From Escherichia coli 042 (GTDB taxonomy: Bacteria; Pseudomonadota; Gammaproteobacteria; Enterobacterales; Enterobacteriaceae): 64,000 nucleotides of DNA. The DNA lies in NCBI RefSeq assembly GCF_000027125.1, contig NC_017626.1; one strand, written 5' to 3'. Position 1 is the stretch's first letter; each line of letters opens with the position of its first letter. The translations under genes and the position numbers were made by a program. The notes below the pieces were generated by a model that was given only the letters and a program-made list of their open reading frames with translations, was not told the origin of the DNA and searched no databases. Positions 16,664 through 28,613 of this stretch are shown here, in pieces.

Positions 16664-19291
16664 TTATTCTTCTTCTGGCTCGTCGTCAACGTCCACTTCC
16701 GGAGCGATTTCATCGTCCCCTTCCGCGGCACTGCCGTCGATGGTATCCAGATCTTCCTCGTCAACCGGTTCAGCAACACGTTGCAGACCCACTACGTTTT
16801 CATCTTCCGCAGTACGGATGAGGATCACGCCCTGGGTGTTACGGCCCACGATGCTGATTTCCGAAACGCGAGTACGTACCAGCGTACCGGCATCGGTGAT
16901 CATCATGATCTGGTCGCAGTCATCTACCTGCACCGCGCCAACCACTAAACCGTTACGTTCGGTAACCTTGATGGAGATAACCCCTTTCGTCGCACGCGAC
17001 TTAGTCGGGTATTCCGCCACTGCGGTACGTTTACCATAACCGTTCTGCGTTGCGGTGAGGATTGCGCCATCGCCACGAGGCACGATCAGAGAGACGACTT
17101 TATCGCCTTCGCCTAAACGAATACCGCGAACACCGGTGGTGTTGCAGCCCATCGCACGGACAGAAGACTCTTTAAAGCGCACCACTTTACCTTCGGCGGA
17201 GAACAGCATTACTTCGTCTTCGCCGCTGGTCAGGTCAACGCCGATCAGCTCATCGCCTTCAACCAGTTTGATCGCCACTTTACCGGCGGTACGCAGACGG
17301 TTGAACTCGGTGAGGACAGTTTTCTTCACGGTACCGTTAGCGGTCGCCATGAAGACTTTCACGCCCTCTTCAAACTCGGTCACCGGCAGGATGGCAGTGA
17401 TACGTTCGTCCTGCTCCAGCGGCAGCAGGTTGACGATCGGACGACCGCGCGCGCCACGAGTGGCTTCCGGCAACTGATAGACTTTCATCGAATAGACGCG
17501 ACCACGGCTGGAGAAGCACAGAATATGGTCGTGGGTGTTCGCCACCAGCAGTCGGTCGATAAAGTCTTCTTCTTTAATACGTGCGGCAGATTTACCTTTC
17601 CCGCCACGACGCTGCGCTTCGTATTCAGAAAGCGGCTGATACTTCACGTAGCCCTGGTGAGAGAGCGTCACGACCACATCTTCCTGAGTGATCAGATCTT
17701 CCAGGTTGATGTCGGCGCTGTTGGCGGTGATTTCAGTGCGACGTTTGTCACCGAACTGTTCACGAACCAGTTCCAGCTCTTCGCGGATCACTTCCATCAG
17801 ACGATCGGCACTGCCAAGAATACGCAGCAGTTCTGCGATCTGATCCAGCAGCTCTTTGTATTCGTCGAGCAGTTTTTCATGCTCAAGGCCGGTCAGTTTC
17901 TGCAAACGCAGATCCAGAATCGCCTGAGCTTGCTGTTCGGTCAGGTAGTACAGACCATCACGCACGCCGAACTCTGGCTCCAGCCATTCCGGACGCGCAG
18001 CATCGTCGCCCGCACGTTCCAGCATGGCGGCAACGTTGCCCAGCTGCCACGGATTAGCAACCAGCGCAGTTTTCGCTTCTGCAGGCGTCGGCGCATGACG
18101 GATCAGTTCGATGATCGGGTCGATGTTCGCCAGCGCCACGGCTAATGCTTCAAGGATATGAGCACGATCGCGAGCTTTACGCAGTTCGAAAATAGTACGA
18201 CGGGTCACCACTTCACGGCGGTGACGAACAAACGCCGCGATGATGTCTTTCAGGTTCATGATCTTCGGCTGACCATGGTGCAATGCCACCATGTTGATAC
18301 CGAAAGAAACCTGCAACTGGGTCTGGGAGTAGAGGTTGTTAAGCACAACTTCACCGACCGCGTCGCGTTTCACTTCAATCACGATGCGCATACCGTCTTT
18401 GTCAGACTCGTCACGCAGCGCGCTGATGCCTTCCACGCGTTTTTCTTTTACCAGTTCCGCAATCTTCTCGATCAGGCGCGCTTTGTTTACCTGATACGGA
18501 ATTTCGTGGACGATAATGGTTTCACGTCCGGTTTTTGCGTCAACTTCCACTTCGGCACGGGCGCGGATATATACCTTGCCACGACCGGTACGGTAAGCTT
18601 CTTCAATACCGCGACGACCGTTAATGATTGCCGCCGTCGGGAAGTCCGGCCCCGGGATGTGTTCCATCAGCCCTTCAATGCTGATGTCTTCATCATCGAT
18701 ATACGCCAGACAACCGTTGATGACTTCCGTCAGGTTGTGCGGCGGGATGTTGGTTGCCATACCTACGGCGATACCGGAAGAACCGTTCACCAGCAGGTTA
18801 GGAATTTTGGTTGGCATGACGTCGGGAATTTTTTCCGTGCCGTCATAGTTATCAACGAAATCGACCGTCTCTTTTTCGAGATCGGCCATCAGTTCATGGG
18901 CAATTTTCGCCAGACGGATTTCCGTATAACGCATTGCCGCCGCAGAGTCGCCGTCGATGGAACCGAAGTTACCCTGACCGTCTACCAGCATGTAACGCAG
19001 CGAGAATGGCTGCGCCATACGGACGATCGTGTCATAAACCGCCGAGTCACCATGGGGATGGTATTTACCGATTACGTCACCAACGACACGGGCAGATTTT
19101 TTATAGGCTTTGTTCCAGTCATTGCCTAGTACGTTCATGGCGTAAAGTACGCGACGGTGTACCGGCTTCAGGCCATCTCGGACATCCGGCAGCGCACGGC
19201 CAACAATGACCGACATCGCATAATCCAGATAGGAGCTCTTCAGCTCTTCCTCAATGTTGACCGGTGTAATTTCTCTCGCAAGGTCGCTCAT
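16664..19291 (-). CDS. gyrA: DNA gyrase subunit A
   Basis: 875 aa; active-site region AAMRYTE; QRDR reads GDSAVYD (Ser83 TCG, Asp87 GAC). Confidence 0.97.
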   Translation of the reverse strand: MSDLAREITPVNIEEELKSSYLDYAMSVIVGRALPDVRDGLKPVHRRVLYAMNVLGNDWNKAYKKSARVVGDVIGKYHPHGDSAVYDTIVRMAQPFSLRYMLVDGQGNFGSIDGDSAAAMRYTEIRLAKIAHELMADLEKETVDFVDNYDGTEKIPDVMPTKIPNLLVNGSSGIAVGMATNIPPHNLTEVINGCLAYIDDEDISIEGLMEHIPGPDFPTAAIINGRRGIEEAYRTGRGKVYIRARAEVEVDAKTGRETIIVHEIPYQVNKARLIEKIAELVKEKRVEGISALRDESDKDGMRIVIEVKRDAVGEVVLNNLYSQTQLQVSFGINMVALHHGQPKIMNLKDIIAAFVRHRREVVTRRTIFELRKARDRAHILEALAVALANIDPIIELIRHAPTPAEAKTALVANPWQLGNVAAMLERAGDDAARPEWLEPEFGVRDGLYYLTEQQAQAILDLRLQKLTGLEHEKLLDEYKELLDQIAELLRILGSADRLMEVIREELELVREQFGDKRRTEITANSADINLEDLITQEDVVVTLSHQGYVKYQPLSEYEAQRRGGKGKSAARIKEEDFIDRLLVANTHDHILCFSSRGRVYSMKVYQLPEATRGARGRPIVNLLPLEQDERITAILPVTEFEEGVKVFMATANGTVKKTVLTEFNRLRTAGKVAIKLVEGDELIGVDLTSGEDEVMLFSAEGKVVRFKESSVRAMGCNTTGVRGIRLGEGDKVVSLIVPRGDGAILTATQNGYGKRTAVAEYPTKSRATKGVISIKVTERNGLVVGAVQVDDCDQIMMITDAGTLVRTRVSEISIVGRNTQGVILIRTAEDENVVGLQRVAEPVDEEDLDTIDGSAAEGDDEIAPEVDVDDEPEEE

Positions 19292-19437
19292 CTAACCGCT
19301 ATCCCTCTACTGTATCCCGGATTCAAAGGTCGCAAATTATAACACAGCCGCGCAGTTTGAGGTAAACCTATACGCTTTATTCACATCCAATGCCTGATAT
19401 ACTCGTTTGTCTTGCCAATTACGGAGTAGAAGTGCCA

Positions 19438-20160
19438 ATGAATGCCGAAAAATCGCCGGTAAACCATAACGTAGACCACGAAGAGATCGCTAAATTTGAA
19501 GCCGTCGCCTCCCGCTGGTGGGATCTTGAAGGTGAGTTCAAACCGCTGCACCGCATTAACCCGCTGCGTCTGGGCTATATTGCCGAGCGTGCTGGCGGTT
19601 TATTTGGCAAAAAGGTGCTCGATGTCGGTTGTGGCGGCGGCATTCTGGCCGAGAGTATGGCGCGCGAAGGTGCGACGGTGACCGGTCTGGATATGGGCTT
19701 TGAGCCATTGCAGGTGGCAAAGCTGCACGCGCTGGAAAGCGGCATTCAGGTGGATTACGTGCAGGAAACCGTGGAAGAGCACGCGGCAAAACATGCCGGG
19801 CAGTATGATGTGGTGACCTGCATGGAGATGCTGGAGCACGTGCCCGATCCGCAGTCAGTGGTCAGAGCCTGTGCGCAACTGGTGAAACCGGGCGGCGATG
19901 TCTTTTTCTCGACGCTTAACCGCAACGGCAAGTCATGGCTGATGGCGGTGGTTGGCGCGGAATATATTTTGCGCATGGTGCCCAAAGGCACGCACGACGT
20001 GAAGAAATTTATAAAACCGGCAGAACTGCTTGGCTGGGTAGATCAGACAAGCCTTAAAGAGCGACATATAACCGGGTTACATTACAACCCGATCACTAAT
20101 ACTTTTAAACTCGGCCCCGGCGTCGATGTGAACTATATGCTGCACACGCAGAATAAATAA
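19438..20160 (+). CDS. ubiG: Ubiquinone biosynthesis O-methyltransferase
   Basis: 240 aa from ATG at 19438; SAM motif [12 protein letters not shown]. Confidence 0.93.
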
Positions 20161-20164
20161 AATT

Positions 20165-20215
20165 GTTAGCCGGATAAGGTGCTCGCACCACATCCGGCTA
20201 CAATGCCGGGCGCAA
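20165..20215. repeat. REP (repetitive extragenic palindrome) element
   Basis: GCCGGATAAGG...CATCCGGC palindromic unit between ubiG and yfaL. Confidence 0.55.
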
Positions 20216-20220
20216 AGCAG

Positions 20221-23200
20221 CTACCATTTCACCGTCATCGACAAAAACCCTGCCGTCTGGGCAAAATCATCACTCCCTTTCTGCCACGCCACGCTGCCGC
20301 GCAGCGAAACTCGCTGACTGATATTGCCCGTGACTCCCACTTTTATTTCACCCCGTTGCTTCACCGCATCGTCACTGATAGTGCTGCCATCTTCTTCAAT
20401 TTCCGTCGCATGGGGATCGTGATAATAATTCAGATCTAATGTTGGTATGACATGAACAGCGGTACGCCATTCGCTGTGTAAACCCAGCCGCGTTTGAATA
20501 TCATCACCCTGCGATTGTGACACGCGCGCATGGTTAGCGGCGGTAAAATCATCCTGCTGCACGCCCTGATAAATCACCTGCGCCTGCGGTTCAACCACCA
20601 CACCACGCCCCGGTAACCACTGATACCCCGCTTCCAGCGAGGCGATAATCCCCGACGAATGGTAATGATCTGTGCCATCGTCTTGTTCGGAAACATCATT
20701 GTTAAACCACGCGTATTGCAGCCAGCTATCCAGCCAGGCCCCCTGCTTCTGATTACCGTGCTGAAACCAGCTTGAGGTCAGACCAACGGCATAACCGTGG
20801 TTCTGGTTATCGGCGCGAGTTCCGGTCATATTCGAGCGGCTGTCGCCCTGGTTATCACTGTAGCCACCAACCGCCCCAAGCATCCACTCGCCATCCGCGC
20901 CCCAGCGCCCGCTAAACAAGTCGCCGCTAAGCTGCACCGTAGAAGTGTCTTCATGCTGAGCCAGTTGCCCCGCTGCTGTGTAATGATAATTTCCGCCGAT
21001 AACACGTAAATTCAGCGTCTGACCATCGCCACCAGCGTGATCGTGTCGCTCCATCACAAACGCCTGATTTGCCGCCCGCAGGTTATTAAAATATCCACCA
21101 ACTTTGGCATTCAACACCGGCTGGTAGGCAGGCGTAGGGTCCGGGGCCGGGTCGGGTGTTGGATCAGGATCGGGAGTCGGGTCTGGATCAGGTGGCGATG
21201 GTGGCGTTACTTCTTGCGATCGCAGATACCAGTCGTTGTTATCTTCCACCAGCGTGTAGTCATACGCTCCCATATTGACGTAGCCGCTGCCTGCCAGACT
21301 GAACTGCGCATTGTTTTGAAACTGCGTGGGATCAGCTGCGAAATCAACCACTTTAATGCCTGTCGATGTCGGCTCACCAATCCCTGTAATGGAGTTAACC
21401 ATCACAGTTGTGTTGCCAGCAGTATTACCGTTCATCACCAATTGATCGCTTACCGAGTCATCGCCGTTTAATTCGCTATCGAGCAGTAGCGTACCACCGC
21501 CGGTATAATCACCGTTTACCGTCAGCGTATCGCCAGCGACGCCATTTTGCAGGCTAACCGCACCAGACGTATTGGTCAGATTGCCATTAACCGTCACGTT
21601 GGAAAGATAAGTCAGGCTGTCAGTTTCAAGGTTGGTATTAAGCTCGCCTGTCAACGTCACGCCATCGGTGGCATTCACCAGCGTCCCATCGCCGTTAAAC
21701 AGTGAGGCATTAAGGGCGACGGAAGTATCCTGCCCGGTCAGGCGCAAAACCGTACCATCGCTGATGTCGATAGTGCCGCTGGAAGTAGCATCAATTGACT
21801 GAATATCCTGATCCGCGCCAGTCTTGAATGTTGCCCCGTCACCGACCCACAGCGACGAAGCATAAGGGAAGATATCCGCAACATCACCTTTCAGGGTGCC
21901 TTCTTCGACACGTACCGCCGACTGCGTTGTACCGCTGGCGGTCAGTTCCAGCGTACCCGCCCCCGTTTTCGTCAATGTGCTACCCTCATCCTGATGCTGC
22001 CCGCTGCTGTCAGCCATCAGTGCGCCCCACTGCGTGTCTACCCCCGCATCAACTGCCACTTCACCGTCGGCGCGCATTTCAATATCACGCCCGTGACCTG
22101 CTGCCTCTGAACGAGTATCAACGTCAGCGGTAATTTCCATCTCACTTTGTTGTTGGCTATCAGTAAAGATGAGCTGACGGTTTTCGTCGGTATTGCCAAG
22201 CTGCGAGTTGTCGCTCACCACCAGCGTACCGGAAGCGATTTGCGTGGTGCCCAGGTAACTATTATTGTTTGCCAGGCTAACCAGCCCGTCGCCCGCATCG
22301 ATCACCACGTAGACGCCATCTTTCTCGTCGCCGCCGATATGCAAATTGTCGCCACCTGCGAGATCCACCACATCCTGACTGCCGATAACCGTACCGCCGC
22401 TGCCGCTGACTGCAAGGCCATCGTTGTATGATGTGCCGCTCTGCCAGGTGGCGAAATCAGAGAGATCAAGCACGCCGCCGTTTAACACGATCGACTGCGG
22501 ATCGTCCTGGAGAGCGGCAAGATCTGCCGCGTCGCCTTCCAGCGTAAGCACCGCGCCATCATCAACGACTATATCGCCAGTTAGCGCCATCGACTGAGCC
22601 CCTGCCAGCACGTAGCTGCCGTTTTGCGCAATGGTGAGCTGACCAGCACCTTCGATGGTGCCAGCAAAACTGCCCTGATTAACAGTAACGTTGCCACCAG
22701 CATCGATATTTAAAGTGCCATTCTGAAAGCCCATCAATGCGTGCACAAAAGTTTGTTGGGTCGAGCCAACGTTTAGCTCAGCCTGATTCTGATACTGATC
22801 AATACTCCCTATCGTCAGACCGTAGCAGTCTTGCGTATCGTCCTGGCAATGCGTATCGCCGACATTCATCAGGGAGTTGCTGCGGCCCAGGGTAACTTCA
22901 CCGTTTTCAATCTGCATCTCGCCAGTAAAGTCATTGTTATCTGCATTAAGTACCAGATCGCCGGAACCTGTTTTGGTGATTAACCCGGTACCAGCAATAG
23001 AGTCAACAGCTCCGTCATTCTCTGTATTGCCGATAACCAGCGTTTTTCCGTCGGCAATATCAAAGGTAACGTCACTTAAGCCGAGATACATAAAGCCACC
23101 CGCCGCAGTGGAAGGACCATCTCCATAGCCTGCTGCGCTATTGTTCTCATCCACTAAAACACCGTTGTTCTGGCTGTAGCTGTCATCAACTGAAATATCA

Positions 23201-23961
23201 ATAAGATAGGGAGCCGTCACGCTATTGGTATAAATCGCCCCGCCATATCCCTCAGCAGAGTTATTTGTAAATGCGGTGTTATTTATTATTGTGAAACCTG
23301 ACGGATGCGTGATATCGCTATTATTATCGGTGACATCGATTGCCCCTCCATCGCCATCACTGTAACTTGTTGATGTATATGCCTGGTTATTGTCAAAAAT
23401 AACTTCATTTAAATAGACGTCATTGTTGATGGTATAAATTGCACCACCTTTGCCGTCATTAGCGATGTTATTGCGAAACACGGCGTTAGTGACACGTAAA
23501 TCGACGACACCGGTATCGTTAGTACCAGAAGAATAGATTGCGCCACCATAGCCACCTGCAACGTTACCGGAAAAAATAACATTAGTAAGATTCAGCGTTG
23601 AGTTTTCTTTAGCAAATATTGCCCCGCCGTTATTATATTCTCCTGAGACAGTATTATTGGCAAACAGAGTCATTCCAGTTTCATTTTCTGGCGATAGAGA
23701 AAACTCCGCTCCTTGTTGCAAAAATACGGCCCCACCGCTGGCGTTATTAGTCATATCCGAAAAAACCAGCCATTGCCCATCGGCGATGCTCCAGTCCTGC
23801 GTAAAGCTTGAAAGGCTTTGCCTGCTGGCGTGACAACTCGCTTTGATATCATATCCCTGGCATAAATCAATGGCCGCCGCGACACCGTTAGCAGAGAAAA
23901 GATACGCAATCATTGACGGGAGTAAAGATAAATACTCCTTGCGTAGAAAAATAATCCGCAT
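20221..23961 (-). CDS. yfaL: AIDA-I-type autotransporter adhesin YfaL
   Basis: 1246 aa; signal peptide, glycine/asparagine-rich passenger, PD/PT repeat linker, C-terminal beta-barrel ending in W. Confidence 0.9.
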   Translation of the reverse strand: MRIIFLRKEYLSLLPSMIAYLFSANGVAAAIDLCQGYDIKASCHASRQSLSSFTQDWSIADGQWLVFSDMTNNASGGAVFLQQGAEFSLSPENETGMTLFANNTVSGEYNNGGAIFAKENSTLNLTNVIFSGNVAGGYGGAIYSSGTNDTGVVDLRVTNAVFRNNIANDGKGGAIYTINNDVYLNEVIFDNNQAYTSTSYSDGDGGAIDVTDNNSDITHPSGFTIINNTAFTNNSAEGYGGAIYTNSVTAPYLIDISVDDSYSQNNGVLVDENNSAAGYGDGPSTAAGGFMYLGLSDVTFDIADGKTLVIGNTENDGAVDSIAGTGLITKTGSGDLVLNADNNDFTGEMQIENGEVTLGRSNSLMNVGDTHCQDDTQDCYGLTIGSIDQYQNQAELNVGSTQQTFVHALMGFQNGTLNIDAGGNVTVNQGSFAGTIEGAGQLTIAQNGSYVLAGAQSMALTGDIVVDDGAVLTLEGDAADLAALQDDPQSIVLNGGVLDLSDFATWQSGTSYNDGLAVSGSGGTVIGSQDVVDLAGGDNLHIGGDEKDGVYVVIDAGDGLVSLANNNSYLGTTQIASGTLVVSDNSQLGNTDENRQLIFTDSQQQSEMEITADVDTRSEAAGHGRDIEMRADGEVAVDAGVDTQWGALMADSSGQHQDEGSTLTKTGAGTLELTASGTTQSAVRVEEGTLKGDVADIFPYASSLWVGDGATFKTGADQDIQSIDATSSGTIDISDGTVLRLTGQDTSVALNASLFNGDGTLVNATDGVTLTGELNTNLETDSLTYLSNVTVNGNLTNTSGAVSLQNGVAGDTLTVNGDYTGGGTLLLDSELNGDDSVSDQLVMNGNTAGNTTVMVNSITGIGEPTSTGIKVVDFAADPTQFQNNAQFSLAGSGYVNMGAYDYTLVEDNNDWYLRSQEVTPPSPPDPDPTPDPDPTPDPAPDPTPAYQPVLNAKVGGYFNNLRAANQAFVMERHDHAGGDGQTLNLRVIGGNYHYTAAGQLAQHEDTSTVQLSGDLFSGRWGADGEWMLGAVGGYSDNQGDSRSNMTGTRADNQNHGYAVGLTSSWFQHGNQKQGAWLDSWLQYAWFNNDVSEQDDGTDHYHSSGIIASLEAGYQWLPGRGVVVEPQAQVIYQGVQQDDFTAANHARVSQSQGDDIQTRLGLHSEWRTAVHVIPTLDLNYYHDPHATEIEEDGSTISDDAVKQRGEIKVGVTGNISQRVSLRGSVAWQKGSDDFAQTAGFLSMTVKW

Positions 23962-24192
23962 ATTAATCTGACCATCATTTTCTATAAGACGGCATATTTA
24001 ATCGCATTATACGATATGGGTTATTTTTCTTTTGTAAATTGTTCAACCCCGTGCAATGGCTATTTTGTTATTATTTCATGAATAATATCAGTGCGTCATA
24101 ATTCAAGTTAATCACCTTAAGGGATATTAGTTATATTTAAACTGAATTAAAGTAATGAATAATTTTCTTATAATATAAGGTAAATTAACAAA

Positions 24193-24282
24193 ATGGCTTC
24201 GCATTTAACAATAACCGAAGAGAAAACAACCATTTCGATATCAACAATCGCTTACATTCGCTTATATATTGACCAGAACTGA
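24193..24282 (+). CDS. Candidate 29-aa small ORF in the nrdA upstream region (speculative)
   Basis: ATG with AAGG about 13 nt upstream; MASHLTITEEKTTISISTIAYIRLYIDQN; below the length cutoff of the ORF track. Confidence 0.2.
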   Translation: MASHLTITEEKTTISISTIAYIRLYIDQN

Positions 24283-24494
24283 TACATCAGATTATGCGAT
24301 GATTCGTGCTTAGATCAATTTTTGCAATCATTAGCCAAAAGATTAATAAACCATCTATATCAATTTATCTAACCTATTCTTCCGTTCAAGAAATCGCCGA
24401 ACAGTTATTTTTAACAAATTTTTCTCTTCCCATTGACTTTCCCGGACACCTTGTCTGACCTAAGGTGCGCGAAAGCCACTTTTTCCTTCCTGAG

Positions 24495-24503
24495 TTATCC
24501 ACA
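24495..24503. promoter_or_regulatory. DnaA box (TTATCCACA) in nrdAB promoter region
   Basis: Perfect 9-mer match to the DnaA box consensus. Confidence 0.6.
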
Positions 24504-24534
24504 AAGTTATGCACTTGCAAGAGGGCCATTTTCA

Positions 24535-24581
24535 CACTATCTTGCAGTGAATCCCAAACATACCCCCTATATATAGTGTTC
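24535..24581 (+). promoter_or_regulatory. Two NrdR-box-like palindromes overlapping the nrdA core promoter
   Basis: ACACTATCTTGCAGTG and CCCTATATATAGTGTT resemble the acaCwAtATaTwGtgt NrdR consensus. Confidence 0.5.
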
Positions 24582-24656
24582 TAAGCAGCTTCCCTCACTA
24601 CAGGTAGTCTGCATGAAACTATTGCGGAAAGAATTCCAAAAACAGGTACGACATAC

Positions 24657-26942
24657 ATGAATCAGAATCTGCTGGTGACAAAGCGCGACGGTAGCACAGA
24701 GCGCATCAATCTCGACAAAATCCATCGCGTTCTGGATTGGGCGGCAGAAGGACTGCATAACGTTTCGATTTCCCAGGTCGAACTGCGCTCCCACATTCAG
24801 TTTTATGACGGTATCAAGACCTCTGACATCCACGAAACCATTATTAAGGCTGCCGCAGACCTGATCTCCCGTGATGCGCCGGATTATCAGTATCTCGCCG
24901 CGCGCCTGGCGATCTTCCACCTGCGTAAAAAAGCCTACGGCCAGTTTGAGCCGCCTGCGCTGTACGACCACGTGGTGAAAATGGTCGAGATGGGCAAATA
25001 CGATAATCATCTGCTGGAAGACTACACGGAAGAAGAGTTCAAGCAGATGGACACGTTTATCGATCACGACCGTGATATGACCTTCTCTTATGCTGCCGTT
25101 AAGCAGCTGGAAGGCAAATATCTGGTACAGAACCGCGTGACCGGCGAAATCTACGAAAGCGCCCAGTTCCTTTATATTCTGGTTGCCGCGTGCCTGTTCT
25201 CGAACTACCCGCGTGAAACGCGCCTGCAATACGTGAAGCGTTTTTACGACGCGGTTTCCACATTTAAAATTTCGCTACCGACGCCAATCATGTCCGGCGT
25301 GCGTACCCCGACTCGTCAGTTCAGCTCCTGCGTACTGATCGAGTGCGGTGACAGCCTGGATTCCATTAACGCCACCTCCAGCGCGATTGTTAAATACGTT
25401 TCCCAGCGTGCCGGGATCGGCATCAATGCCGGGCGTATTCGTGCGCTGGGTAGCCCGATTCGCGGTGGCGAAGCGTTCCATACCGGTTGTATTCCGTTCT
25501 ATAAGCATTTCCAGACAGCGGTGAAATCCTGCTCTCAGGGCGGTGTGCGTGGCGGTGCGGCTACGCTGTTCTACCCGATGTGGCATCTGGAAGTTGAAAG
25601 CCTGCTGGTGTTGAAAAACAACCGTGGGGTGGAAGGCAACCGCGTGCGTCATATGGACTACGGGGTACAAATCAACAAACTGATGTATACCCGTCTGCTG
25701 AAAGGTGAAGATATCACCCTGTTCAGCCCGTCCGACGTACCGGGGCTGTACGACGCGTTCTTCGCCGATCAGGAAGAGTTTGAACGCCTGTACACCAAAT
25801 ATGAGAAAGACGACAGCATCCGCAAGCAGCGTGTGAAAGCCGTTGAGCTGTTCTCGCTGATGATGCAGGAACGTGCGTCTACCGGTCGTATCTATATTCA
25901 GAACGTTGACCACTGCAATACCCATAGCCCGTTTGATCCGGCCATCGCGCCAGTGCGCCAGTCTAACCTGTGCCTGGAAATCGCCCTGCCGACCAAACCG
26001 CTGAACGACGTCAACGACGAGAACGGTGAAATCGCGCTGTGTACGCTGTCTGCTTTCAACCTGGGCGCAATTAATAGCCTGGATGAACTGGAAGAGCTGG
26101 CAATTCTGGCAGTACGCGCACTCGACGCGCTGCTGGACTATCAGGATTACCCGATCCCGGCCGCCAAACGTGGAGCGATGGGTCGTCGTACGCTGGGTAT
26201 TGGTGTGATCAACTTCGCTTACTACCTGGCGAAGCACGGTAAACGCTACTCCGACGGCAGCGCCAACAACCTGACGCATAAAACCTTCGAAGCCATTCAG
26301 TATTACCTGCTGAAAGCCTCTAATGAGCTGGCGAAAGAGCAAGGCGCGTGCCCGTGGTTTAACGAAACCACTTACGCGAAAGGGATCCTGCCGATCGATA
26401 CCTATAAGAAAGATCTGGATGCCATCGCTAATGAGCCGCTGCATTACGACTGGGAAGCACTGCGTGAGTCAATCAAAACGCACGGCCTGCGTAACTCCAC
26501 GCTTTCTGCTCTGATGCCGTCCGAGACCTCTTCGCAGATCTCTAACGCCACTAACGGTATTGAACCGCCGCGTGGTTACGTCAGCATCAAAGCGTCGAAA
26601 GACGGTATTCTGCGCCAGGTGGTGCCGGACTACGAGCATCTGCACGACGCCTATGAGCTGCTGTGGGAAATGCCGGGTAACGATGGCTACCTGCAACTGG
26701 TGGGTATCATGCAGAAATTTATCGATCAGTCGATCTCTGCTAACACCAACTACGATCCGTCACGCTTCCCGTCAGGAAAAGTGCCGATGCAGCAGTTGCT
26801 GAAAGACCTGCTCACCGCCTACAAATTCGGGGTCAAAACGCTGTATTATCAGAACACCCGTGACGGCGCTGAAGACGCACAAGACGATCTGGTGCCGTCA
26901 ATCCAGGACGATGGCTGCGAAAGCGGCGCATGTAAGATCTGA
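24657..26942 (+). CDS. nrdA: Ribonucleoside-diphosphate reductase 1 alpha subunit
   Basis: 761 aa; N-terminal ATP-cone, C-terminal redox cysteine pair (CESGAC). Confidence 0.97.
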
Positions 26943-26949
26943 TATTGAG

Positions 26950-27155
<206 letters not shown>

Positions 27156-27175
27156 ACTCCCAACAGGACACATTC

Positions 27176-28306
27176 ATGGCATATACCACCTTTTCACAGA
27201 CGAAAAATGATCAGCTGAAAGAACCGATGTTCTTTGGTCAGCCGGTTAACGTGGCTCGCTACGATCAGCAAAAATATGACATCTTCGAAAAGCTGATCGA
27301 AAAGCAGCTCTCTTTCTTCTGGCGTCCGGAAGAAGTTGACGTTTCTCGTGACCGTATCGATTACCAGGCACTGCCTGAACACGAAAAACACATCTTTATC
27401 AGCAACCTGAAATATCAGACGCTGCTGGACTCCATTCAGGGTCGCAGCCCGAACGTGGCACTGCTGCCGCTGATCTCGATCCCTGAACTGGAAACCTGGG
27501 TCGAAACCTGGGCGTTCTCAGAAACCATTCACTCTCGTTCTTATACCCATATCATTCGTAATATCGTTAACGATCCGTCCGTTGTGTTTGATGATATCGT
27601 CACCAACGAGCAGATCCAGAAACGTGCGGAAGGGATCTCCAGCTATTACGATGAGCTGATCGAAATGACCAGCTACTGGCATCTGCTGGGCGAAGGTACC
27701 CACACCGTTAACGGTAAAACCGTAACCGTTAGCCTGCGCGAGCTGAAGAAAAAACTGTATCTCTGCCTGATGAGCGTTAACGCGCTGGAAGCGATCCGCT
27801 TCTACGTCAGCTTTGCTTGTTCCTTTGCCTTTGCAGAACGCGAACTGATGGAAGGTAACGCCAAAATTATTCGTCTGATTGCCCGCGACGAAGCCCTGCA
27901 CCTGACCGGTACTCAGCATATGCTGAATCTGCTGCGCAGCGGTGCGGATGATCCGGAGATGGCGGAAATTGCCGAAGAATGTAAGCAGGAATGCTATGAC
28001 CTGTTTGTCCAGGCGGCACAGCAAGAGAAAGACTGGGCGGATTATCTGTTCCGTGACGGTTCGATGATTGGTCTGAATAAAGACATTCTCTGCCAGTACG
28101 TTGAATACATCACCAATATCCGCATGCAGGCAGTCGGTTTGGATCTGCCGTTCCAGACACGCTCCAACCCGATCCCGTGGATCAATACCTGGCTGGTGTC
28201 TGATAACGTGCAGGTTGCTCCGCAGGAAGTGGAAGTCAGTTCTTATCTGGTCGGGCAGATTGACTCGGAAGTGGACACCGACGATTTGAGTAACTTCCAG
28301 CTCTGA
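27176..28306 (+). CDS. nrdB: Ribonucleoside-diphosphate reductase 1 beta subunit
   Basis: 376 aa from [17 protein letters not shown]; upstream part of the track ORF runs through the REP array and is not coding. Confidence 0.95.
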
Positions 28307-28560
28307 TGGCTCGCGTTACCCTGCGCATCACTGGCACACAACTGCTGTGCCAGGATGAACACCCTTCCCTTCTGGCGGCGCTGGAATCCCACAATGTGGC
28401 AGTTGAGTACCAGTGCCGCGAAGGTTACTGCGGTTCCTGTCGCACGCGCCTTGTTGCAGGCCAGGTGGACTGGATTGCCGAACCGTTAGCCTTTATTCAG
28501 CCGGGGGAAATTTTGCCCTGTTGTTGCCGGGCAAAAGGCGATATTGAAATCGAGTTGTGA
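28306..28560 (+). CDS. yfaE: 2Fe-2S ferredoxin YfaE (RNR diferric cofactor maintenance)
   Basis: 84 aa; cysteine cluster CREGYCGSC...C. Confidence 0.9.
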   Translation: MARVTLRITGTQLLCQDEHPSLLAALESHNVAVEYQCREGYCGSCRTRLVAGQVDWIAEPLAFIQPGEILPCCCRAKGDIEIEL

Positions 28561-28613
28561 TCGGGTACTAGCGCCAGATACGACGCTTACGCGTATTATC
28601 TGGCCTACAACGA

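Noticed and set aside
17525-19129. Plus-strand ORFs of 206 and 323 aa inside gyrA
   Set aside because: Antisense shadow ORFs within a highly conserved gene; no RBS context, and gyrA fully accounts for the region.
25275-26444. 389-aa minus-strand ORF inside nrdA
   Set aside because: Antisense shadow ORF of a GC-rich coding region.
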